DNA of 64,000 nucleotides, from positions 186,001 to 250,000 of the forward strand of contig LSRY02000005.1 in NCBI GenBank assembly GCA_001643675.2. The letters run 5' to 3'. The translations under genes and the position numbers were made by a program. Every line of letters starts with the position of its first letter. Within the stretch, counting starts at the first letter, position 1. The stretch comes from Monocercomonoides exilis PA203. Lineage: Eukaryota; Protista; Preaxostyla. The notes beneath the pieces are model-generated. The model was not told the origin of the DNA. It did not search any database and was given only the letters and a program-made list of their open reading frames with translations. Shown here piece by piece: positions 11,350-24,300 of the stretch.

Positions 11350-13420
11350 AAAGATATAAAAGCATTTGTTGAAAACAATAATTTTCGACAGCTCTGGCAA
11401 AGCGATTCGCAAAGCAGCCTTTCCAATAATCATTACCTTCTTTTGAGTTCACTAATTGCTTGCTATTCTGAAATATGAAAGATTTTTGCTTTTTTTCAAT
11501 TCCATCTTTCTCAATTCAAATCCAATTAGCTTCTTGAAAAATTTGCAGCCAATTTCCATCTCAATCTCTTCATCTTGCACACTTTCCATATAAATTCTAT
11601 CTCTCAACTCGATGGATAACCCAAACAATGAGCTATCCCGCTTTCATTCATTTTCATTCATTTCCACCTCCTGCCCTGAAAACGACACAAAAACATTCAA
11701 CAGATAAATATTCATATAAAGAAAAACAAATAAAGACCAAACTGCTCTTCGACTGTTTTTCTCCAAGCACACTCATTTCCACAACAATCATCATTCAAAA
11801 TAAATCAATCTCTTCATTTCAGTCTCAGAATGGTTGAATACAGCATGGGATGCATCTCCACAAAAAGCATTGAATAACTTTCTGGAGGATCTTCTCATGC
11901 TGTGCACATTGTGGTGGATGTCCAAAGGGGTTTTTTCTGTTTTTGGTATGATCATCTCCTTTAATAATATTCTCAACCACCAAAAGAAGTATTTGATGTT
12001 TATCTTGTCAATAACATGAACATGAGAGATATGGGGCAGAGAAGAGATGGAAGAATATTTTTTGTGGCAGGGGGTGGGAGTTGGGTATTTTATGGAATGT
12101 TAATATTTCGAGAGGGGTTTTTGAATGAAAGAAATTCTGAGACAAAAAGATGGGGAAGGAACAGGTGGAGATTTGTAGAGGAAAATGTAGAAAATATGTA
12201 GAGAAGTTGCAAGGGATGATGAAAGAGGACTGATTGGTGATTGGAGAAATGGATTTTGAAGAGAAAGAAAAGAGGGCAAAGGCGGGAAAGAAGATGAATA
12301 TTTTGAAGTGTTTGATTGGATGAGGGGTATTTTTTTTGAGAGGAGTAGAATGTTTTATAAAAGAGAATGGGAAAGAGAAGAAAAGGAGGGGATTGATATT
12401 TTCTGATGATTTTGTGAGCTGAACGGAAGAGGAAAAATGGAAAGGAAAAGAAATTGAGAAATATTAACAGTTTCTATTTTCGAAGCAAAAGGAGAGGAAA
12501 TCGCAAAAAGAAAAGCAAATGATTTGAATAAATCAAGCTTTATTGATAAATTTCAGAACATCAGCCAAAATATTTGCAATTTGGGTTTTTGACTCGTTGC
12601 GAAATTAACTTGTTTAATGTGATGTTTCATTCAGAAAACAAATTCACATGGAATCTTCCCACTTCTTCTTCAGAAATTTTTTTGAGTTTTTGTGGAATTG
12701 TCAATCACCATAAATATTCACTTTCATCATCATCTCATCTTCTTTTCATTATTCCTCATTTTCCTCAACATTTCCTCAACATTTTCTTCTTCACCTTCTT
12801 CTTCCTCTTTGTCTTTGTCTTCGTCTTCTTTCCTGATATCATCATTAGGCATTTGATTCATTTGTATTTTTGGAGCCGACAGAACAGCATCATTTTCGGT
12901 TTGCGAAGGGAAATGCAGGGATCTAACAAAAAGGGAGTCAATTGACTTTGAGGGAATGTAATTCTATTATTTTGCTTGAATGAATCTGTCATAAACATTG
13001 CAATTTGGATTATTATCATTTTGTATAATCAACTTGTTAAATATGATATTTCATTCAGTCAGCAACGTCACAGGATCTTCTCATATTTTTCTTTGGAAAT
13101 ATCATTCGACTGATTTCACATTTCTCAATCCTCTCGCCTTCTTCTTGTTCTTCGCCTTCTTCTTCTGTGATATTTCTTTTCACTTCGTGTCAGAACAGAC
13201 CGTCGACCTTCAGATGCATGTGAGCTGTTCAATCAGTGGCTTGATTGCACCTTCCAAAAATTATTTCATCCAATTTTCCTACTCCCAACAGTATCATCCT
13301 CACTGTCAATGCATTTCGTAACTTCGCTGGATGGGCATTTGAACAGCTTTCCTTTTCCGTTGCAGTTTATCCAGCTCTGCTTCAGCGTTTCGAACGAAAT
13401 ACATGCGCCGGCTGTGCAGA
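11350..13420 (-). pseudogene. Decayed protein-coding sequence with an internal diverged direct repeat
   Basis: Purine/Glu-rich minus strand broken by many stops. Diverged repeat units at ~12574-12660 and ~12998-13085. Confidence 0.35.
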
Positions 13421-13429
13421 ATAAGCTGA

Positions 13430-16400
13430 ATGGGCATAGAAAGAGAAATGGTGGTTGGAGGGAAGGAGCTGACAGCAATATCGCACTCATGCTCTCGCTT
13501 TGCGATACTGCCAAGGAGCAAAGAGAGAGAGAGAGAGAGAGGAGAGGAGAGGAGAGGAGAGCGCATTAAAATGGAAGATGCAACGAAGGTTGATTTCAGA
13601 AGCAAATTGAGTTCAGAGCAGAGGAAAGGGAATCAGTGTGAAAAGCCAAAGGCGAAGACGAAGATGAATGAGAAAAACGAGATATCCACATTGAAAGCTT
13701 ACACTTTCGACTCAAGACTTGCGCAGGCAACAACAGAAAGGAGGTCGAGGGACAGGAGAAGGGTAGAAGGAGGTGATGACGAAGATGAATAACAGCAGAC
13801 ATTTTTTCGCGTTCTACAGTACACTCTCATCTGTTCGGCTGTATTCTCAAAATACCACAGCCTCCTCAACATTTGCCACTCCTCCTTATTTTCTCTTGCC
13901 CTACACACAATTGTCTGCCCCTTCAATTCTTGTTGGAACTCCACCGAAGCCATTTACACCTTCATCTCCCGCCACAGACTCATCTTCACTCACACAGAAG
14001 TCCTTCAACATGACTGGACCAAGCTCCGCCTATTTATCGAATATATCTTCTTTTCATGCATCTTCAACTATTTCTTCCTTGTCGCAACCTATCCTTTGTG
14101 TGATTCTTAGTAAGATCAGATTGGGCAATGCATGTGTATTTGCAAGCAGCATGTGAGCGACGAGGGATGTGTTTGAGCCACAGAGCATCCTTCTGAACTG
14201 TGCAGCGTATGTGGAAAGAAAGTGGATTCAGGTGGGTGGTGAGGAGGAGGGAAAGGGAGTGAAGAAGGATGAGAAAGAGGAGAGAGAGGAAAACACTTTA
14301 ATTAATAACTTTCAAAAGAGAAGATGAAATCAACAAAAGAGAATAATAAGCCTGTGAAGATACTGATCACAATTTGCTTGACTTTCTGCCTGAATTCAGT
14401 AATCAAAGAAGGATTCAGTAGCAAATCATTAGAACGCTATATTCTTTCTCAGCATTTTCATCTGCAAACGCATCATCTTTTTTCTCAACTTCTTCGTCTT
14501 CTGCTTCAACACCTTCCTCTTTTATTTCAACTTCTTAATCTTGTTCTTAATCTTGCTTTTATTCTTGTTTATTCATCATTTTTTCATTATCTTCTCTTCT
14601 TCTTCACATGATTCATTAACTGGCACGCTAGAAATCCCTCAGCATCCACATCCACCTCCACAAGTGATGTCAATCCCTCCTCCTCTCTACATCCTATCTG
14701 ATGCAAACAAAGCAATCCATTCAGCGCAAGTGAACTTATTTTTCTATTATTCCTTTATCATCATCATTTTCTTCTTCTTTTTCTTCTTTCTTCTTCTTCC
14801 TAATCCTCCTCTTACTTCTTCCTCTTCCTCTTCTTTCTCTTCCTCTTCTTCTTCTCCTTCCTCCATCTCCAAAAGTTCTTCTTCTTCTTCTTCTTCTTCT
14901 TCTTCTTCTTCTTCTTCTTCTTCTTCTTCTTCTTCTTCTTCTTCTTCTTCTTCTTCTTCTTCTTCTTCTTCTTCTTCTTCTTCTTCTTCTTCTTCTTCTT
15001 CTTCTTCTTCTTCTTCTTCTTCTTCTTTCTCTTCCCCTTCTTCATCTCCTTCTCTTCATTCTCCTTCTCCTTCTTTCTCTTCTTCTCAGGGATCTGCGTC
15101 TGCATCTGCCTCTGAATCAGAGCTCGAAATGCCCCCCGCTGCAGCCGTTGCGTTGATTTCTGCTCCCTCCCCTCCGATTAACGAAGCACTCACACCTTCT
15201 CTGATGACTGCGGCAATTGCTGGCTCCACATTTTTATTGTGTCATCACAGACACGCAAACGGAGAGAGCGTTCTGGATCTACTGGGAGCTGTGGAAGTGT
15301 TTGGACTGCCCCAACTTGCACTAATGTCACCGGAAAAGACGTTGTCTTCGTTTGATGCTGCTTCTGCATAGAATGATTAAAACGTTGCAACACAAGATGC
15401 TTCTCATGTTGTTTCATCATCATCATCATCTTCTTCTTCTACTTCCTCCTCCTCTTCTTCTTCAATACACCTCACCACACTCATGCCCTCCGCACACCAC
15501 CCCGCCATAGCCGACGTCATCAGCCACAGCTATCTCTAGCGCAGCCGTTCAGCCGCCATCACCACTGCAGAATTTGAGAGCCATCTGGCTGGTTTCCCAC
15601 TCGAGCACACCAAAAGCAGGAGTGAAGCAGACAACACAAGATTTGCATATGATACCTTTTACGACTCAGTCATCCGCGAACAATCGGTGAGGCTGCGTGA
15701 CGACGATGCGGTTTCTGATGTGCTCAGCTACTTGTCAAGATTAGTTTTCCCCACGCTGTTTATGCCATCTTACCTCACCGCCGGTCAGCTTTCTGACTCC
15801 ACACGCCTCAAATCCGACTTCGATGGGGAACTTCCTCTATTCACTTCAGACACATTGAGCATGCCTCCAGATTATCAGAACAACCATTCCTTGGGAGAAC
15901 CTCAGCTTCCGCATTTCCTCTCCTTCTCGCCTTCACTCAGCCCCCGCAAATTGATTCCAGACAGCTCCCCAACTGGTTCCCCTTCCTTCTCCACCAGCTC
16001 CACACTGCTTGAAGCCCTCTACCCTGCTGCCACATCCGTCGTTGCGTCTGTTTCCGACCAATCATTCCTGTCGTAGGCGCTTCCTCTTCTTTGCCCGCTC
16101 GATCCGCTTGAACCGCTCGATCAGATGTCGATTGTGGCTGCTTCAAACAGAATAGCCAGTGCCAGAAAGACAAGTGCGAATGCGAAGAGGAAGCTGATGT
16201 CTTCAGATGAGAAGTCATATGCACTGCCTTTGGAATTGGAGTCGAAAATGGCCATGGAGGATTTGAATAAGTTGGTTTCGAAGGATTTTCGTTCTTCTTC
16301 TACTTCTACTTTAACAACTACTGCTTCTCCTTCATCGTTCTCTTCCTCTTCCTCCTCTTCCACTTCCTCCTCTTCCACTTCCTCCTCTTCCACTTCCTCC

Positions 16401-16625
16401 TCCTCCTTCTCCTCCTCTATTGCTCACCTCATTTCTCACACAGTTGCCAATGAACTGAGTGTGAAGGCAAATTTGTTTCAAGAGGAGATTAACAAGCAAT
16501 TGGAGTTATCGAGGAATACAACGAGAAGAATGACACAGAAAGTGCTGGAGAGGAATCAAGCCACTTCTGAGACATTTTCAAGAGGAGAATGTTTTAGAAG
16601 CGGAGTAGAAATGGAACGAAGATGA
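13430..16625 (+). pseudogene. Fragmented Ser-rich hypothetical gene
   Basis: Chain of coding-like ORFs (13430, 13773, 14541, 15687, 16125) separated by stops and frameshifts; no recognisable domain. Confidence 0.4.
14876..15025. repeat. (TTC)50 microsatellite
   Basis: Uninterrupted TTC run of 150 bp. Confidence 0.95.
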
Positions 16626-17586
16626 GGAGAGGATGAAAAAGGAAGCGGGAAGGACAAGTGATGAGAAGAATAAAGAGAGAAAATACTTGTTCGAATTAGT
16701 TTTATTCATTGATTATCGAGTTCATTGTATTTCGTTCAACGTTTGATGAAGAAACCGAATCGAAAAGAAAGGACTGATGTTTTGTGATGATATTTCAGTT
16801 GAAGAAAAAGATGAAGTGAAGAAAACCAATTGCTTTAACAGGTTAAAAGTTGTTAAATCTATTTATTGAAACAATCTTTTTAACAAACCGTTTCAATAAA
16901 GTCTTTCAAAGTATTTTTTATTTATTAGGATAGTTTTGCAAGTTGAGAAACTTGGCATTTTCCTTTTGCAGTTTTATTTTTTATTTTTCACATTTTTTTT
17001 GAAAGCTGGATCAAATAATTCTTTTTCACGAAAAACATTAAAAAGGTATGTTTTTTTGAATATAACAATAAAACAAATATATATAACAGAAACAAAAGCT
17101 AAATACTTGCAAAAAATCAATTTGACTCTTTGATCAAAAAATACCACAATAGATTTTATTTTTTCTATTTTTGATCTTTTTTTATGATTTCATAAAAAAT
17201 CACCCATATTCTCTTGTAGCAGCTATCCGAAGAAGCTCTTCCGAAGAAATTGATTTCTTTTCCATCACAAAAAAGGGAACGATCAAAATGATCAAAATGG
17301 AAAAAATATTGTTTGAAAGGCTATTCAATCAAACTAACAAATGGCAGTTCAAGTGATGGAATGATATTTTTTTTTTCAATATATTTGCTAAATTTTATCT
17401 TGAATTTTCAACAACATATAAAGAATATTAATCAATCATTCTATCAAGTGAACAACACTTGAAGAGAAGAAATACATCGTAATAATTAGAAAAATTTGAA
17501 CTTTTCAACTAAAATTGTTTCATCAGTCAATAATCAGTTTGAACAAAGCTAATGTTTTGATGAAAGAAAAATTTTCTTTTTTTAAT

Positions 17587-17627
17587 GTCCCGGTTTTTTA
17601 ACTTTGTACCGGGTTTTTGACTCATTG
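17587..17627 (-). repeat. Candidate terminal inverted repeat matching 8905-8944
   Basis: GTCCCGGTTTTTTAACTTTGTACCGGGTTTTTGACTCATTG followed by TTA, so the TA target duplication is imperfect. Confidence 0.65.
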
Positions 17628-17867
17628 TTATTAACTTTTTCACATAACGTTTATTTTAGGTAATTTTGTTCATACCAATAACATCTACAACAGACATGTA
17701 TTAAATGATACAAGCTCATAATTGAAACAAACTGCCATTGTTCTTTAACACGCAAATTTTTCAATAATCAGGACTTTTTCATTAAATTCAAATATCTCAA
17801 CAAATGTCAAAAATTCTACTGTAATAATTATTAGTGACAAACACTGGTCTTTTTCGCATCCAACCAT

Positions 17868-17898
<31 letters not shown>

Positions 17899-18373
17899 TG
17901 ATTGTGTTGAATTTATGAAGAAATAAATGCTTTTATATTTTTTTTTCCCAAAACAAATGACAATTCCAATAACAGCAACTCTTGAATTTTCAAAGACATT
18001 CAAATGAATATCTAATCACATTGAAAATAGCAAAAGATAATCTGATGTATTTTCGTGCACCAGAATTTGTTCAAATCCACTCAAAGCAAAAACAAAAAAT
18101 TTTCATCCAAAATTCATGATTCAAATGCAAAATAATATCAATTTATTAGTTGAATAATATGATATAATTCATTTTTTATTAATCTTTTATCTTATTATTT
18201 GATATCAAAAAAATGAATTCTTAACTTAAGCTAGTTAATAGTTATAATCCATTTTCATATTATTTATGAGGTATAACATTCTGATGATTCTTATTTATAG
18301 CTCTTTGGTGAAAAACTATTTTTTAACTTTCATTCCCATAATTATTTATTTTCATTCATTTTTTTCCTCCTGC

Positions 18374-21300
18374 ATGCTGATAATTGTGCTAATCTGTTTT
18401 TTTCATCAAACATTTGGCTTATTCACTGATGAAAATGCAAAAAGCATTGATGCAATCGTTCAGCTGAGAGATGAATTGTTGAAAGAACAGCAATACTCGA
18501 AACATGTTTTGTCATCTTTGTTTCAGAACTTCAAAATCTTTTCTCAATCAGATATGATGAAGAAAACAAAGAATATAAAAGACAATAGTGAAAACGAGAA
18601 ATTGATAAAAGAAAAAACTTTCATTCGTGGATGCTTCAAAGAAAAGAACGCATCGATAGGATTAAGAGCGATGAATCTTTGCCAGTCAAACAGAAATAGT
18701 TTATTTTTGATTAATTCACTCTCAAGTGCAAGAATCGAAGATTGCCAAATTTTCATTGAAAAAAGCCAAACGAAGTGGATTGTGGAGAGTTTTGGAGGAA
18801 GAACTGTTTTTTCAAATGTTTCATTTGCCCCTGAGAAATCAAAGGCTTTTGTGCCTTGCATTCAGCATGACAGGAGAACAAGAAACTGTTTTGAAGGCTT
18901 TTCCTCTTTGGAATTGAGCTTCTGCCATTTCTCCTCATTTTGTGTTGAAGGAACCCAACCATTTGTTGGAAATTCTGATGCACAGAGAGTGTTTGCGAGC
19001 GGATGCGCATTCGAGAATGTTTCACATGCAAATGTTGAACAAAATGTTTGTCCACAAAGCTTGAAAAGAAACATGCTTGGAGGAGAATGCTTGGTGACAA
19101 ACAGCCAGTTTTCTTCTGTGGACAATGCATATTATGGAAGCATATTTGAAGGACTGATTACACAGAGCGGAATGTTTGGGGCTTTCAACAGCACATTTGA
19201 GAAAAGCACAAAAACAGTCATAACAACAAGATGCACAAACAGAAATGGTGATATTGAATTTGTTGATTGCATTTTCACAGATTTGTCAGGAGCGAATGGA
19301 GGAGCCATTAATCATGATTCAAATGGATCATCAACAATTGTTCGTTGTGATTTTGTGGTATGACTTTTTTTTTTTAATTTGACTTTGTTAATGCTCTTCT
19401 TTACTCATTTTTATCTTTCATGGCTTTGATAAAACACTTACAGAGATGTTGGAGCCCAGTCGGGGATGGAGCAATTATTTTGATTCAAGGGAAACAGAGT
19501 ATGACAAATTGCTCATTTACATTTTGCTGGTCCAAACAAACAACAGGAGGTGCAACGTTCATGAACGCTGCAAAAGGAACATATGCTGGATTGAACTTTT
19601 CATCTTGCTGGGATGTGCTTGGAGGAAATTGTGCTCACTTCAGAAATGGTCAGTCTGCACTTTTTGATTCATGTTGTTTTGTGAACGGAACAACGACGGG
19701 AAATTTAAATGGAGGTGCTCTTGAAGAGCTTGGATCAAATCCAGCAACAATCACGAATTGCCTTTTCAAAAATAACACTGCAACTCAGGTGAATGGAGGT
19801 GGTATCACATTCAATATTTACTCTGACAACTATGCGAACGAATTCTCAATTGAATATTGTCTTTTTGATAACAATACAGCAAAAGAAAGTCACGATTTCT
19901 ATGCCTCATCTCAGTATAATAATGTGATAAACTCCGATTGCTTTGTGGTGTGCCGTTCGCTTTCATCGAATTTGACAAGTCGAAGAGTAGTGATTGAAGG
20001 AGGATCAGCGAGTGATGACTGGATTCCATTGTTTGTTGGAAAAGTGCATGCAAACAGTGGAAATGGAACAGATGAGTGGATATGTGGCACAGCTGACAGA
20101 CCTTGCAAAACATTGAACCATTCGCTGTGGATGTCTGATGTGAGGAGAGAAATGCAAGAGTTTGTGCTTGGAGAAGGAGTATATGGGGATTCTGAGCTGG
20201 TGGTGAATGCAATGGGGATGAAGTTTGAAGGCAGCGGTGCAAGTCTGACGAGAATGGAGCCAAGGGCTGAGGGAGGTGCTGGGATGAAGATCACAAGTGG
20301 AAAGCTGATTGTTGAAAAGATATGTCCGGTCCACAATTCTGCATCGTGGAAAGGATCGCATCTGCTCAAGATTGGAAGGGCAGGATTTGCAGAGCTTCGA
20401 GATGCAGTGTTGAGGAGTGAAAGAAGCGCAGAAGGGGATGAGCAAGCGGAAGTGTTTGAGAAGAGTGCCATTGAGATTGGCGATGGAGAGTTGATTTGCA
20501 ACAATGTCACAATGAAATGGATGAAGAGCAAACAGGAGCTGGTGAGAATTGGAATAACTGGAACTGCAAGAATTGAAGCGAGCACATTTTTGGAGATTGA
20601 ACGAAGCGATGGAGATGGGAGTGTGTTTTGTGGGGTTGTGGAAAATGGAAAGGTGATGGAGCTGAACGGTATTTCATTTGAAGGTTGCAGATGTTTGAAT
20701 GGAAACGGTGGTGCATTGTGGTTGGAGATGAAGATGGGAAGCAGAGTGGGGATTGGGAACATGACTGGTTCTGATGAGAAGACGATGTTTGAGTCATGCA
20801 GTGCAGGAGGATCAGAAACAAGGGAGAATGGGGGAGGAGGATATGGAGGAGGAGTGTATTTGTATGTCTGCGAGGGGATGAGAGACTTTGTGGTGAAAAA
20901 TGTTGGATTTTCAAATTGTGAGGCGAGAGCTGGGAGGAACATGTTTGTGAGTGCAGATGATTTGCAGAAGGTGATTAACACAACAACAATTGAATTTCAG
21001 CCGAATATGGATGTGTATGATGAGCTGAGTGGGTTTGAGAGGAGCACCGCAAATGAAAAGCTTGTGATAGCTCTTGTGGTGTATCTGAGAGAAGTGAGTG
21101 TGCCAACGATTGTGGGAAGCGAAAAAGGGGTGCATGATTTCAGCAGATGTGGATGTGAAATGTTTGCATGCCGGACAATCCAAGGGGCAATCGATGCAGT
21201 TGGATCAGCAGAAGAGCACAGAATTCGGATGAAAGAAGGATACAAGCTCGATTGCGATGCAGTTATCGAAGGTGGTCATTTTGTGTTTGACACAGTGAAT

Positions 21301-24300
21301 GAGTGGGGTGAAATCGTTGTTGGGATAGATACTGAAAAGCAACAGGATGCACTTCTCATGCTTTCAGCAGATACACAAATTATGAAGATGACACTGGTTC
21401 TGAAGGAGTCACTCTGTGGAAGAGAGGCGTTTGTTGAGGTGATGGACAAAACGCTTTCAATGGAGAATAACAAAATGAAGATGATGGAAGGGGTGACTGT
21501 TGTGGATTATGAGTATGTTCGAGTGACTGGAGGGAAACTGGCGATGAGGAATTGCGAGATCGTGGAGGGAAAGCATGTGATCTTTGGTGGAAATGGGATG
21601 CTGTCAGTGAAAGGAGATGGAGAGTTGGAGATGGATAGTGTTATGTGCAAGGGTATTGGATCAACAGGTGTTGATGGGATTGTGGTGGTATCATCGAGTG
21701 GAAAGAGCGATATTCACGATTGTGAGTTTGAGGGAAAGGAAGGATGCGAAAGTGGATTTGGGAAATGGAGCGGAAGCTGGAATGTTGAGATGGAGAATGT
21801 GAGTGTTGCTGGGATGAAACGAAGAACAGGGGATGGGGGATGCTTTGCTTTTGGAGGAGGAAATGGGATAAAAATGGAAGGGAGGAATTGCACGATGAGT
21901 GGATGTTCTGTGAGTGAAGGAGAAAGCAGCGGAGGTGGGATAAAGGTGGAGCTTGGCGTTGCATCAGAGTTTAAATTGGATGAATGGAAAGTGAATGGAT
22001 GTTCTGCACAAGGAAGAGGAGGAGGGATATTTCTTTATGGATGTGCAGGATCGAAGAACGACTATGCGCTGAATGATATTGAGTTTGGAGGAAACATTGC
22101 AGCAGAAGGGAAGGATGTTTTTGTGGAGTGTGACGATCTCGTTGTGGGAGTTGTGAAGGAGAAATTTGTGGATATCAGAGGGAGAGAAGGGGAGAGCGTC
22201 GAGATGGAAGGGATTGACAGAGGATATTTCAAAGAAAGAGCTGTTTCATTGGATCTGTTTCTGAAGGAATATGTGGGAGGTGTGGTGGATGTGAGCAGGA
22301 CTGGTGTTGATGTTATTGGATGTGGGAGCGAAGAGTATCCGTGCAAGACACTTTTGAGGGGATACAAGAATGCAAAGCAATGGGAAGGGAAGAAGACTCT
22401 GAAGGTGAGTGGAGTTGTTGAGATCGAAGACAAGTTCGATGTGAGCATGTTTGAGATTGTGAAGAATGAAGGAGCGGAAAGTGCGAGACTGACAGTGAAA
22501 TCGGTGATTGAAGGAAAAGAAGGCGGTTCTGTTCTTGGAAACACAGCAAGCATGCTGTTGAGAGGGATGGAGATAGGGCTGCCAGTCGAGTTTGTGCATG
22601 ATATAGGTGTTGTAATTCTGTCAAGATCAACAGCAGGAGGCGAAGAAGAGGCTGTTGTGGAGATTGAGAAATGCACATTTGTGGGAGATGGGACTGGGGT
22701 GAGGGAATATGCAATAATAGCTGCAGAGGGTGGGGTTGTGAGGCTGAGTGAATGTGAGATGTCAATGATGGATATGACAGAGACAGGATTTTCTATTCAG
22801 GGAAGCGTTGTGGTTGATGGATGCACATTTTCAGAATGCGGAAGAACCGTTTCAGGAGAAGGAGGAGTGATGAGAGTGGTGATTGAGAATGGAGAAGAGA
22901 TGAGGATGAACAACACAAAGATGAAAACATGCAGATGTGATGGAAAGGGAGGGAAAGGAGGGTTTTTGTGGATGGACTGCAGGGGAAACGAGGCAGAGAA
23001 GCCGTTCATATTTGGCGAGAGATGCGAGATGGAAGGGAATGAAGCAGCTGTTGGAAGAAACATGTTCATATTTGCATCGAATCTGAACAGTTGTGTGAAT
23101 GTGAATTCGTTCTTGTTTGATGTTGGGAACTGGAGCAATGATAAAAATGGATTTGTGGGGAATGATATTTCTTTCACAGATACTGATTTGTTGCGCTTTG
23201 TGATTCTGTTCAAAGACAGAACTGTGCATGTTGCAGAAGACGGATATGATGTGATGAGATGTGGAAGCATTGAAGATCCGTGCATGAGCTTGTGGGAAGG
23301 ACTGATGCATGTTGAGGATTGTGAAGAAGAGAGAATGATCGAGATTATGGAGAAGACAAGGATGGACAGCAGACTTGATGTGTCTGGAATAAAGATAGAA
23401 GCACATGGAGGAACAATGATTGAGGGGGATACGAAGGCAACAATTGTTGTTGAAGTGAAGCAGAGGATGGAAGGTGTGGGACTGGTGAACAGCAAGAAGG
23501 CGGGATTTGAAGGGATCCGATTTGAAGTTGTGAAGGATGAAGAGTGCTTGAAAACAGCAATAATAGAAAACAATGAAGGAGTTCTGTCTCTCACAAGATG
23601 TGCATTGAGCATTGAAGAGAATGAATTTGTTGGAGAGATTGTTTTTGTCCACATGATAAAAGGAGAGTTGAAGGGAAAGGGAATTGAGATGGAAAGTGAA
23701 AGTGCGTGCAATGGAATGTTTATTGTTGAGAGCGGGTGCAGATGCATTGTGGAAGAACTGAAAGTGGAAGGATGCAAAGTGAAAAGTGGAGCATTGATAT
23801 GTGTGAGAGTTGGGATGGAAGCAGGGGAAAGAAAAGGGAATATTGACGATCAAGAGGCAGGGATTGGGATTGCGAACTCGAGCATTGGGTGGGTGGATGG
23901 AGAAGGGAGCGATGCGGTTGTGGTGAAGAGCGAGGGAGAGGTGAGTGTTGGGGCAGAGGTGAATGGAACGAAAGTGGAGGGGTGCAAATGCGGAAGAAGC
24001 ACAAAAGGAGGAGGGATGTGCTGGCAGATGAGCGCTGGGGGCTGGCTCCGTGTGAGCGAATGCAGCGTGGTGCAGTGTGGATGCTCTGGGATAAGTGGGA
24101 GAGGAGGAGGAGTGTATGTTGGGGCAGAGATTGACGGGGTGTTGGACTATGTGTTTGAGGGAGACAAGTTCGAAGGGAACACGGCATATATTGGGAGGCA
24201 CATTTTTGTTGCTTGCCACAATATCTCTTCACAGATTAACGAAACACAATTTCGAATGGATTTGAGAGGCATTTCTGGGCAGGCACACATGATCTCAGGA

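Noticed and set aside
14812-15105. Poly-Lys ORF (also the poly-His and poly-Asp ORFs at ~58 kb)
   Set aside because: Alternative-frame translations of trinucleotide microsatellites.
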